DNA of 64,000 nucleotides from Candidatus Omnitrophota bacterium (GCA_043808095.1 JAZDFF010000040.1:1908-65907); one strand, 5' to 3'. Shown: positions 7,497 to 16,115, counted from the stretch's first letter. Numbers and translations are program-made. Notes: generated by a model not told the origin, from the letters alone.

Positions 7497-7685
7497 GTGG
7501 CGGCGCCGCGCTCGCTGCGGCATCCGCCAAAATTTTCCTTGTCGGAAAAAGCATTAAGGGTGCGGCGCCGAAACACATTGTTTCGGCATCCGCCAAAATT
7601 TAAATTGGCGAAAAACATTAAGGTGGCGGGGCCGAAATACATTATTTCGGCATCCGCCAAAATTTAAATTAATTTAAATTTTGGC
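7497..7685. repeat. Three tandem copies of a roughly 64-nt unit, each carrying two hairpins (GCCGAAACA..TGTTTCGGC and GCCAAAATTTAAATTGGC), located immediately 3' of tRNA-Ser(GGA).
   Basis: The periodicity is directly visible. The last unit merges into the tRNA 3' end (..CTCTCCGCCAAAATT). Confidence 0.7.
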
Positions 7686-7769
7686 GGAGAGGGAGGGATT
7701 CGAACCCTCGGACCCTTGCGGATCACATGTTCTCCAGACATGCCGGTTAAACCACTCCCGAACCTCTCC
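7682..7769 (-). tRNA. tRNA-Ser(GGA), type II, with CCA encoded.
   Basis: Reverse complement: GGAGAGG TT CGGGAGTGGTTTAACCG G CATGT CTGGAGA ACATG + variable arm + GAGGGTTCGAATCCCTC CCTCTCC G CCA. Confidence 0.85.
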
Positions 7770-7842
7770 AAAAAATTGCTTTTTATTTTTTGGATTTCGA
7801 GTCCGCCAATGCTTTAATGGCGGACGAGAAATCTTAATTACC
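7770..7842 (-). promoter_or_regulatory. tRNA-proximal 5' element, copy directly upstream of tRNA-Ser(GGA).
   Basis: It is near-identical to 8201..8277 and 5985..6058. Confidence 0.5.
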
Positions 7843-8100
7843 TTTGATCAACGCTAATTTCTTCTTACGGCTAAATCTCTTTACCTCTAATTCTCTTTTC
7901 CTGGCTAAATTATAATTTTCACACAATTCTTTATGTAGCAAAATCAAGGGCTTGCGAAAACGCGTGTAACGACATTTATTCGAAGTATTATGTTCATGAA
8001 TACGTTGTTCTACATTTATGGAAATACCTACATATAAGGTGTTATCTCGACATTCTGCTATATAAACGTACCAGGGTTTAGAATAATTAACCTTAGCCAC
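7834..8100 (-). CDS. Small GIY-YIG nuclease-domain protein of the YhbQ/UPF0213 type.
   Basis: It has the motif block WYVYIAECRDNTLYVGISINVEQRIHEHN. It sits between two copies of an approximately 85-bp direct repeat. Confidence 0.75.
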   Translation of the reverse strand: MAKVNYSKPWYVYIAECRDNTLYVGISINVEQRIHEHNTSNKCRYTRFRKPLILLHKELCENYNLARKRELEVKRFSRKKKLALIKGN

Positions 8101-8182
8101 GAATTTATATTAGAAACTATCTAATTTAGATCTCTCACCATGACTGTGTCAGGGTTCGAGAACATTTTCGTTTATGCGAAAA

Positions 8183-8277
8183 TGTCCACTCCCGAACCTC
8201 TCCAAAAAATTGCTTTTTATTTTTTGGATTTCGAGTCCGCCAATGCTTTAATGGCGGACGAGAAATCTATTTTCCCT
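8183..8277 (-). repeat. Second copy of the tRNA-Ser(GGA) 5' end (GGAGAGGTTCGGGAGTGG) plus the tRNA-proximal element. Together with 7752..7842 it forms an approximately 85-bp direct repeat flanking the GIY-YIG gene.
   Basis: The sequence identity to 7752..7842 is directly visible. The tRNA fragment is followed by an unrelated hairpin (ACATTTTCG..CGAAAATGT) rather than a D-arm. Confidence 0.7.
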
Positions 8278-8280
8278 ATC

Positions 8281-8949
8281 TCAAAAAAGCTGTTTAAATA
8301 CGGCGTATAGGATATTGTCAGCCACACGGATAAAATCAACGAAGAAATTGGTTAAAGAAAATCCATCAAAGATGAGTTTTATCAGAATGGCAAGTAATAC
8401 CAGGTTAAGGATATAAATTACAGAAAAACCGAAGACATAACTTACCCTTAGGAATTCTCCTTGTTTAGAACGTAGCGATTTCGCGCTAAAGACAAGATGA
8501 AGGCATATAGTAAAACCAAAAAGAAAGAAAAAATATTTAACCAGGTCTAAGGATTTAAATGTTAATGATAGTATTAAATACGCAAGAAACAGGACAATAG
8601 TATAAATGGGTAATAGATACGGCGCTACCTTTATCAATGGTTTAAAGAAACCAAACGTCAGCTCTAATAATTTCTGGCCCCTGGCATAAACAATTTGTGG
8701 CTCCCAGATGAATGCATAAATTATCAAAAAACTGACGAGCCCCGCCCAGAAATAATTCTGAAAAGGAGCTTCAATAACACTAAATTCACGCAAAAACGCT
8801 ACAGTTACGGAATAGACAAACGGCAAGAGGCACATCCCCAATAAAAACTTAACTACCGCAAAAATTTTGCCTGTCAAGCCGGATCTTTTGACTGATGCGC
8901 TATCTTCTTTTTTAGGAGATATTTTCTTTTCCATCTTAAATGAGCGCAT
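8281..8949 (-). CDS. Hypothetical polytopic membrane protein.
   Basis: Multiple hydrophobic helices are present. The first five codons (MRSFK) come from the family-A 5'-UTR repeat, so the true start is probably the downstream MEKK. Confidence 0.5.
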   Translation of the reverse strand: MRSFKMEKKISPKKEDSASVKRSGLTGKIFAVVKFLLGMCLLPFVYSVTVAFLREFSVIEAPFQNYFWAGLVSFLIIYAFIWEPQIVYARGQKLLELTFGFFKPLIKVAPYLLPIYTIVLFLAYLILSLTFKSLDLVKYFFFLFGFTICLHLVFSAKSLRSKQGEFLRVSYVFGFSVIYILNLVLLAILIKLIFDGFSLTNFFVDFIRVADNILYAVFKQLF

Positions 8950-9020
8950 AACTTACGGAGCGGAAATCCGCGAAGTAAGTTATTTGCGCGAATTTAATCC
9001 CTCACCTTTTTACCCTACAC
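8936..9020 (-). repeat. Family-A structured 5'-UTR repeat (AACTTACGGAGC..GCGAAGTAAGTT hairpin, then GCGCGAATTAATCCC).
   Basis: Other copies lie at 21786..21858, 38022..38110, 55944..56062 and 60150..60258. Each is within about 100 nt upstream of a gene start. Confidence 0.6.
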
Positions 9021-9070
9021 CTAAACTATCCTGGATAAAGGTGGGGGATAATAATAGGTTTTCTTTTTGA

Positions 9071-10396
9071 TTAAGATATCCTTTCCTTACCATCTAAATA
9101 TGGCCGCAATACTTCAGGGATAATCACCGCGCCGTCTTTCTGCTGGTAATTTTCTAAGATTGCTATCACGGTCCTTGCCAGGGCAATCCCTGAACCGTTT
9201 AAGGTATGCACAAAATCTATTTTTTTAGAATCCTTTCTTCTAAATCTTATATTCGCCCGACGGGCCTGGAAACTCTCTAAATTCGAGCAACTCGACACCT
9301 CAAGCCACTTGTCAATGCCCGCGGCATAGGCCTCAAGGTCATAGCACTTTCCGGCAGCAAAACTCAGGTCCTGTGTTGAAAGGGCAACTACCCTGTAAGC
9401 AAGGCCCAAGAGCTGTAAAACCTCCTCGGCATCTTTGACTAATTTTTCAAGCTCATCATAGGAAGTCTCGGGTTTTACGAATTTAACCAGCTCCACTTTA
9501 TCGAATTGATGCACGCGCATAAGGCCCTTGGTATCTTTCCCGTAAGAACCGGCCTCCCGCCTAAAACAGGCGGTATAGGCAGTGAGGTATTTGGGCAGGT
9601 CTTCTTCATTTAAGACCTCATCCCTGAATATGTTGGTAACCGGTACCTCAGCCGTAGGGATAAGAAATAAATCATCATCTTTTAACCGATACATATCTTC
9701 TTCTAATTTGGGAAGTTGTCCTGTCCCGGTCATTGATGCACGGTTAACCAAAAAAGGCGGAAAGACCTCAAGATATCCGTGTTTTCTGGTGTGTAAATCC
9801 AGCATAAAGTTAATAAGTGCGCGCTCTAATTTTGCGCCCCAGCCTTTAAAAAGGATAAAATTTGAGCCGGTAATCTTGGCGGCGCGGTTAAAATCAATGA
9901 TATCTAAGTGCTGGCTGATCTCTATATGAGTGACCGGCTTAAAATCAAATACAGGTTGCTTACCCCAGGAACGGATAACCTGATTTTTAGAAAGCCCCCC
10001 TACCGGCACAGATGTATGAGGCACATTAGGAATAATTAACAATAACTTATTAAATTCCTGGTCGGATTCTTTTAATTTGTCTTCCAGGGCGTCGATTTTT
10101 TCGGCGATGGTCTTCATTGAGGCGATTTTTGTTTTGGCATCCGCCTTCGCTGAAGCTTCGGCGGATAGTTCTTCGAAGCCTTGGCGAAGGAGAACATCCT
10201 TCTTCTCTTTCAATAACGCGGTGATCTCATCATTAGCCTTGTTCTTTTGGGCGCGCAGGGCCTCGACCTCATTTAAGGTTTTACGCCGGGAATCATCGAG
10301 CTTAATCAAACCTTCTAAATCAATTTTTAACCCGCGGTTTTTAATCGACTGCTTTACTAAATCCAAATTTTCCCGAATAAATTTTATGTCTAACAT
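9071..10396 (-). CDS. serS: Seryl-tRNA synthetase.
   Basis: It has the N-terminal coiled-coil arm and class II aaRS core motifs. It lies among four tRNA-Ser genes. Confidence 0.93.
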   Translation of the reverse strand: MLDIKFIRENLDLVKQSIKNRGLKIDLEGLIKLDDSRRKTLNEVEALRAQKNKANDEITALLKEKKDVLLRQGFEELSAEASAKADAKTKIASMKTIAEKIDALEDKLKESDQEFNKLLLIIPNVPHTSVPVGGLSKNQVIRSWGKQPVFDFKPVTHIEISQHLDIIDFNRAAKITGSNFILFKGWGAKLERALINFMLDLHTRKHGYLEVFPPFLVNRASMTGTGQLPKLEEDMYRLKDDDLFLIPTAEVPVTNIFRDEVLNEEDLPKYLTAYTACFRREAGSYGKDTKGLMRVHQFDKVELVKFVKPETSYDELEKLVKDAEEVLQLLGLAYRVVALSTQDLSFAAGKCYDLEAYAAGIDKWLEVSSCSNLESFQARRANIRFRRKDSKKIDFVHTLNGSGIALARTVIAILENYQQKDGAVIIPEVLRPYLDGKERIS

Positions 10397-10485
10397 TTTA
10401 TCCTTTGATTACCCCCAATGGTCGCATCCTCCTTCGCTCTTTGATAAATTTTGTTGTCATTTTGACGAGCTTCGGAGGATTTCGT

Positions 10486-11949
10486 CTAGCCCTTTATTAC
10501 ACCTAAAGGCCTCATCCTGCAGACGCGTTTTGAAATGCCGGCATTATGCACTACATCTACCACATCATTTACATCTTTATAGGCCTGGGGCGCTTCTTCA
10601 ACAATAGTCCCCCGCCCGGTTGCCTTAACTGTAATGCCTTTTGATTCTAATTCCTTTAATAACGCACTCAAATCAATGGTTTTAAGCGCACCACTTCGGG
10701 ATTTAAGCCGGCCTGCGCCATGGCAGGTCGACCCGAAGGTCTCTTCCATTGCCTTTTGCGTACCCACTAAAAGATAGGAATTCCTGCCCATATCTCCGGG
10801 GATAATCACCGGCTGGCCGGTCTTTTTGTATCGGGCAGGTAATGCTGGATTTCCCGGGCCAAAGGCGCGCGTAGCGCCTTTTCTATGGATACATAGATTT
10901 TTCTCTTTACCGTCAACCGTATGCCTCTCCATCTTTGCGATATTATGGGCCACGTCATAAATTAAAAACATGCCCATATCCTGCCAGGAACGGTTAAAAA
11001 ACTTCTCAAATACCTCGCGGGTCAAATGCATCAGGCATTGCCGATTTGCCCAGGCGTAATTTGCCGCGCATCTCATGGCCCCAAAATAAGCCTTACCTTC
11101 GGACGAATTAACCGGAGCACAGGCAAGCTGCTTGTCCGGGACATTGATATTATATTTCGCCAGGCAATGAATCATGGTCTTGAGAGAGTCATCGCAGACC
11201 TGATAACCTAAGCCCCGTGAACCGGAATGTATCATAATCGTAATCTGGCCTTCGGTTAAGCCAAATTCATCGCAAAGATCGCGCTCATACAGCCGGTCAA
11301 TTACCTGGACCTCTATGAAATGATTTCCCGAGCCGAGTGTCCCGGATTGGGCCTTGCCTCTAACATAAGCCCTATCTGAAACTGCCGAAGGATCTGCTCC
11401 GGCAATTGCACCAAATTCTTCGGTACACTCTAAATCATCGCTAGTTCCGTAGCCTTTTTCAACCGCCCACTTTGCACCTTTTACTAAAATTTCTTTTTCT
11501 TCTCTGGTAGTGACCTTTATATCGCCTTTTGAACCTATACCTGTAGGTATGTCATTAAATAGGGCATAGACCAAATTCTTGATTTTATCTTTTATCTCAT
11601 CAAATTGAAAATTAGTTTTAAGGAGTCTTATCCCGCAATTTATGTCATAGCCCACGCCTCCGGGCGAAATTACTCCGCCTTCCTCAGGGTCAGTTGCCGC
11701 TACCCCTCCGATACAAAATCCATATCCCCAATGGATATCCGGCATAGCCAGGGAATAATTTACAATCCCCGGTAAAAATGCGACATTTGCCACCTGTTCC
11801 AGGGCTCTATCCTGGCGGATATCCTTTAGCAGTTTCTCATCGGCATAGATAATTCCCGGAACCCGCATTCCGGGTTTATAACTCTTGGGTATACGCCAAC
11901 GATAATCGTCAATCTTCTCTAATGGTACTTGCCCGATCTCAGACATCAA
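10486..11949 (-). CDS. rtcB: RNA-splicing ligase RtcB (3'-phosphate/5'-OH ligase).
   Basis: Conserved RtcB blocks are present: NCGIRLL, HSGSRGLG and CHGAGR. Confidence 0.92.
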   Translation of the reverse strand: MMSEIGQVPLEKIDDYRWRIPKSYKPGMRVPGIIYADEKLLKDIRQDRALEQVANVAFLPGIVNYSLAMPDIHWGYGFCIGGVAATDPEEGGVISPGGVGYDINCGIRLLKTNFQFDEIKDKIKNLVYALFNDIPTGIGSKGDIKVTTREEKEILVKGAKWAVEKGYGTSDDLECTEEFGAIAGADPSAVSDRAYVRGKAQSGTLGSGNHFIEVQVIDRLYERDLCDEFGLTEGQITIMIHSGSRGLGYQVCDDSLKTMIHCLAKYNINVPDKQLACAPVNSSEGKAYFGAMRCAANYAWANRQCLMHLTREVFEKFFNRSWQDMGMFLIYDVAHNIAKMERHTVDGKEKNLCIHRKGATRAFGPGNPALPARYKKTGQPVIIPGDMGRNSYLLVGTQKAMEETFGSTCHGAGRLKSRSGALKTIDLSALLKELESKGITVKATGRGTIVEEAPQAYKDVNDVVDVVHNAGISKRVCRMRPLGVIKG

Positions 11950-12364
11950 AAATCACCTCAGCCTGCCAACCTGATTTAAGTTCCCTTAATTGCAACTGGT
12001 GATAAGTAGCGGCCTTAATCTCAGTGTTTACTCTGTAATTATTCATATCTTCGCCAACGGCAGTTGCCTGCAGATTGTTTTTATCTAATTTTTCAATCTT
12101 AAAATCCGAGAAAATTAATTCTTTGGCGGCGGATAAAGAAAGTAATTCATTTAGCCAGTTTATGAAAAGCTCCTCTAAATTATCCGCCTTTTGTTTAACC
12201 GTGATATTTCTGGTATCTGGCATCTGGCATCTCGTATCTGGCTTTTTTTCAGCCATAATCTCAAACATTGCCGTGGCGGAATTTTTAAATAATTCTTTTA
12301 AATCTTTGGCCTTTACCCTGATACAGATATCGGCGGTGTGTTCGATTTGTTCGTAGTTTTTCAT
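11939..12364 (-). CDS. Archease, the RtcB activator.
   Basis: It has the N-terminal EHTADI motif. It overlaps the rtcB start as in archaeal and eukaryotic archease-RtcB pairs. It contains a short internal PDTR tandem duplication. Confidence 0.85.
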   Translation of the reverse strand: MKNYEQIEHTADICIRVKAKDLKELFKNSATAMFEIMAEKKPDTRCQMPDTRNITVKQKADNLEELFINWLNELLSLSAAKELIFSDFKIEKLDKNNLQATAVGEDMNNYRVNTEIKAATYHQLQLRELKSGWQAEVIFDV

Positions 12365-12503
12365 AACGCGAATTATCGCTAATCCCTGCCTGACGGTAGG
12401 CAGGAAACGCGAATTATCGTTAATATTATTAGCGTATATTTCCGCCGAAGGCGGATTAGCCTTTGGCTAAAGCGTTAGATTCGCGTAAATTAGCGTTTTT
12501 AAA

Positions 12504-12576
12504 TGAGCCGCGAAGGAATCGAACCTTCAACCCCCAGATTAAGAGTCTGATGCTCTACCGATTGAGCTAGCGGCCC
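12504..12576 (-). tRNA. tRNA-Lys(CUU).
   Basis: Reverse complement: GGGCCGC TA GCTC AATCGGTA GAGC A TCAGA CTCTTAA TCTGG GGGTT GAAGG TTCGATT CCTTC GCGGCTC A. Confidence 0.88.
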
Positions 12577-13240
12577 TTATTCTTTTTACGACACCCTCAA
12601 TCCAACCGAGTATTCTATATAAAAGATTCTTATCGCAGACTTCAATTTTTATTGTCCCTTGATATAAAATATTTTTGCGATGTCCCGTACCTTCTCTTTT
12701 AATATAACTTTTGCCAAATTGTAAAATTGGCAGACCAATTATATCTGACCAGAATTTTTTTATTTTTAATTCATCTTGTCCAGAATGAATATTGAGATAA
12801 ACTTTAAACCTCTCCTCAGGAATATTGCATATCTCCCTAAACCATCTCATCATAAAATGTATCAATTCGGGATCAGAATTAGAGACACCGACTCTATTCT
12901 TTTTATTTCCCTCTGCCCAATATAGCATTATACCAGCTAACTTAAATTCATTTTTGCTCAATAAATCGATGTCTAATTTTGCTTTTTCCTTGATTTCTAC
13001 AATCTCTTTATTTCTTCTTGCCTGCGTAGCTTTCGACCCAAGCAATCTCCCCCTATAACTGCCATCCTTAAAAAGCCTATCCAACCTATCTTTCTGCTTT
13101 GCCGTCAACTCTATATCCCTACACCAATCACTAATTGTACTTTTTGAGATACTGGACGGCATTCTCTGCCCTATCTCTTTATAACTCAAACCTTGCGATC
13201 TCAAGTTTCTAACTAACTTCTGTTTCCGCCAACTTTTCAT
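12539..13240 (-). CDS. Single-motif LAGLIDADG-like homing-endonuclease-family protein with an N-terminal HTH-like region.
   Basis: It has a LAGIMLYWAEGNK block and an HTH-like N-terminus (ISDWCRD) resembling the ORF at 3155..4159. The reading frame runs through the first 38 nt of tRNA-Lys and terminates at the UAA inside the tRNA anticodon loop. Confidence 0.5.
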   Translation of the reverse strand: MKSWRKQKLVRNLRSQGLSYKEIGQRMPSSISKSTISDWCRDIELTAKQKDRLDRLFKDGSYRGRLLGSKATQARRNKEIVEIKEKAKLDIDLLSKNEFKLAGIMLYWAEGNKKNRVGVSNSDPELIHFMMRWFREICNIPEERFKVYLNIHSGQDELKIKKFWSDIIGLPILQFGKSYIKREGTGHRKNILYQGTIKIEVCDKNLLYRILGWIEGVVKRIRAASSIGRASDS

Positions 13241-13329
13241 CGTTTAATATCTTCTACTCTGCCAACCCCGAATGAAATATTTCTGCGAAGTTATACTCCG
13301 GGACCCCGAAGCTTTACTTCTATGAATAA

Positions 13330-13346
13330 CTACATTCGGGATTGAG
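13330..13346 (-). repeat. A 16-17-nt duplicate of the tRNA-Lys(CUU) 5' end (GGGCCATTAGCTCAATC), located upstream of the LAGLIDADG-like gene.
   Basis: It matches positions 1-16 of the intact tRNA-Lys at 12576 with one mismatch and then diverges. Confidence 0.55.
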
Positions 13347-13620
13347 CTAATGGCCCGTTTGTCATATTTTAACACAGATTAGCACAGATGAAAAGAAACA
13401 GATTAGCACAGATGGAGGATAACAAAATACTTTTAAGCGTTTATTTTTCTGATAGATAGCCATTGTTACTCCCTCTCCCTCGACTTCGTCCTTCGACGCG
13501 CTCGCCTTTGGCGAGCTTGCTCAGGAAGACCCTGAGTTTGTCGAATGGGTCGCTCGGGATGGTGAGCGAAGTCGAACCACTAAACTGCTTAATTATTTTA
13601 TAATAAGACTGATAATAGCT

Positions 13621-14877
13621 TCATCGAATTTTTCTCAAAAATGGTTCCCAATTTAGTAAAAAGTCAACAATATCCTCAGCCATGCTGGCGTTTCCAACTT
13701 TATTAGGATGTGGATCAAAATTGTATCTTTGATACTGCCTTCGGGGCTCTATTAAAGAAATTTTGTTGCGTTCGCAAACTTCCTTCAAATCCCTCAAGGG
13801 TCTTTTTAAATCAATTAAATATTCTTGCCCTTTCCAAACTGAACGATCAACACCCCCCACTTGTTCTATTAAATTCCATCTCTCACTGAAGATTCTTAAA
13901 CCGTTTTCACCAGATTCTGAAAAAATTAAAAAGTCAGCATCTATCTTCTCGGAAATTTGTTTCATCTTAATACTTAAAACTTCAAATAAATCCCATGCCG
14001 ATAGCGATTCTTTTGAATGATTAAAAGAACTATGCCTATAAACTCCTTGGGGATTCATAAGAAAAGGTCCCCACTGAAACTTTATTTTTGCCATTTCTTC
14101 CTTAGAAAACCCCTTTACTTTCTCTTCATCTACCCTCTGCAGTGAAATCATTAATCTATTTTTTAATCTAATGGCGTGCCAAACTAAGGCACTTTTATTA
14201 AAAAAACTTCTTATTTTACTGGTTTCGGAAACTTTCTTAGTCTTGGGGTAAAGGTTAATTTTCTCTAACTTACCATCTATCATTTTGTATTTAAATACTT
14301 TGTTATTGTGTAATTTCGTAGAAATTCCTTTTTCGTATGGGAACAAAATTTCTTCGATATCATTTGCACAAAATTGATATATCACAATATCTGGCTGGTA
14401 TTTAATCCCCTCCCTACTTAATGCCTCCAATGCCTGATCAGTTGACCACCCCCCTACGCCTATGGTGATTACTTCAATATTGTCAAATCCTAATCTTTTA
14501 AATAATAGTTCTACTTTTCGAGTATACAAATCATCAATAGCCACAAAACCCCAAGTAATGGAATCACCCAAAAAAAGAATCCTGACAACGCCTTCAGGCT
14601 TTTCAAAGCTATGTTCCACATCCTTCCAACCTTGCGAATTAGTATAAAAATTTATTATTTCGTCAGTATCTGGATTGATAAATTGTATCCGACTGCGAGG
14701 TGGAGGCGCCCATCCGTAAATCTTAGCTTTTGGTGTTGCAGTTGTCCCAACGCCCACCTTTATCGGTGGTAATACATTCCAAAGAATAAACTCTATCACC
14801 AATAAGCTGATAAACACCGATATTGCAATAAGCAGTAAATTTTTGCTAATACTTTTAATCAAGAATCTATAGGCCAT
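13621..14877 (-). CDS. Membrane-anchored SGNH/GDSL-family hydrolase.
   Basis: It has an N-terminal TM helix and the GDSL block ILFLGDSITWGF. Confidence 0.7.
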   Translation of the reverse strand: MAYRFLIKSISKNLLLIAISVFISLLVIEFILWNVLPPIKVGVGTTATPKAKIYGWAPPPRSRIQFINPDTDEIINFYTNSQGWKDVEHSFEKPEGVVRILFLGDSITWGFVAIDDLYTRKVELLFKRLGFDNIEVITIGVGGWSTDQALEALSREGIKYQPDIVIYQFCANDIEEILFPYEKGISTKLHNNKVFKYKMIDGKLEKINLYPKTKKVSETSKIRSFFNKSALVWHAIRLKNRLMISLQRVDEEKVKGFSKEEMAKIKFQWGPFLMNPQGVYRHSSFNHSKESLSAWDLFEVLSIKMKQISEKIDADFLIFSESGENGLRIFSERWNLIEQVGGVDRSVWKGQEYLIDLKRPLRDLKEVCERNKISLIEPRRQYQRYNFDPHPNKVGNASMAEDIVDFLLNWEPFLRKIR

Positions 14878-15117
14878 AGACGCTTTATATAATTACCTAC
14901 ATTACAATGTGTTACAAAATAATTCCATAAAACTTTCATTATCGATTTCTTTCATAACTTAATGAAATATATAAAGTTAGATACAACACCTACGCTCCTG
15001 CCCAACCAACTATTAATTGTTTTTTATTCATTTAAACTGCTCCCTTCGACTCGGCTTCGCCTCGCTCAGGACTAAAAAGAGTCTTCGCTTTGGGGCGGAT
15101 TTGAATTTAACTATATT

Positions 15118-15804
15118 TCATCTATGTTCTTCAATTCCTTTTAATAATTGATTGACATAATCAAGATTACGCTGGTCTGCCAATTTAGTATATAACTCTT
15201 TTGCCTTTAATAAAACAGACTCTGCTGAATCATAATTATTAAGCATAATATAGGCATAGCCAAGATTTGAATAAATGAAAGATAAATGAACATCCTCTGG
15301 AATGCTGAGTGGTTTTAGCTGTGCTGCTTTCTCTAACGCCTTGACCGCTTCTGCATATTGTTGAGTTGTAACATATTCTTTCCCCAGATTTGAATACATC
15401 TCAGCATAGTTAGGATTCATCTCAATGGCTTTCTTATAATTCTTAATTGCCGAATCATAATCTTTCATTGAATTATAAACTGTTGCTAAATTACTATAAG
15501 CTTCAGTATAATTAGGATTTAAACTAATGGCTTTTTCGAAATTTTCTTTCGCTTTATCAAATTGGCTCAAAAATAAATAATTAATTCCTAGATTTAAGAA
15601 AACACCAGGGTCATCTGTTTTTAAAGCAACAGCCCTTTCCAAAAGCTCAATTGCTTTCCCATATGCTTTGTACTGATTTGTGTACACATAAGCTTCTTTT
15701 TTTAACTCTTGCACATTTTGGGTATTATCTGTTTCTGCAAATGCTACTGAAGACGCAAACAATAAAACAAAAAACAACAAAAACTTATTTTTCATATCCA
15801 TCAC
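15118..15804 (-). CDS. Secreted TPR-repeat protein.
   Basis: It has a signal peptide followed by tandem 34-residue TPR-like repeats. Confidence 0.75.
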   Translation of the reverse strand: MMDMKNKFLLFFVLLFASSVAFAETDNTQNVQELKKEAYVYTNQYKAYGKAIELLERAVALKTDDPGVFLNLGINYLFLSQFDKAKENFEKAISLNPNYTEAYSNLATVYNSMKDYDSAIKNYKKAIEMNPNYAEMYSNLGKEYVTTQQYAEAVKALEKAAQLKPLSIPEDVHLSFIYSNLGYAYIMLNNYDSAESVLLKAKELYTKLADQRNLDYVNQLLKGIEEHR

Positions 15805-16011
15805 ACCCTCCTTGTTATCTTCTTATTGCTACTTGCTACTCTCTACTCGCTACTTTACTCTATCTGTGCCCATCTTGTATCTCTTAATCTGTGATAATCT
15901 GTGTATTAAAAATGCGCCTAGCTGGTCTGCTTCGCTCAAATGTTTTCACTTTGAGCTCCGCAGAACCATTTCTACGAAGCTCCCGCATAAAAATGTTGGA
16001 GCGAAGTAGAA

Positions 16012-16034
16012 TGCGCCTGGCTGGACTCGAACCA
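16012..16034 (-). pseudogene. tRNA-Arg(ACG)-like T-loop and acceptor 3' fragment (GGTTCGAGTCCAGCCAGGCGCA) abutting tRNA-Arg(UCG).
   Basis: It matches positions 52-73 of tRNA-Arg(ACG) at 4801..4874, with T-loop variation. Confidence 0.5.
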
Positions 16035-16041
16035 ATTAAAA

Positions 16042-16115
16042 CGCCCCTGGAGGGAGTTGAACCCCCAACGCCTAGCTCCGAAGGCTAGCGCTCTATCCAG
16101 TTGAGCTACAGGGGC
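16042..16115 (-). tRNA. tRNA-Arg(UCG).
   Basis: Reverse complement: GCCCCTG TA GCTC AACTGGATA GAGC G CTAGC CTTCGGA GCTAG GCGTT GGGGG TTCAACT CCCTC CAGGGGC G. Confidence 0.85.

Noticed and set aside
7497-7685. Possible CRISPR array, given regularly spaced repeats.
   Set aside because: The units are whole 64-nt tandem copies with only point differences. There are no unique spacers between short repeats, and no cas genes nearby.
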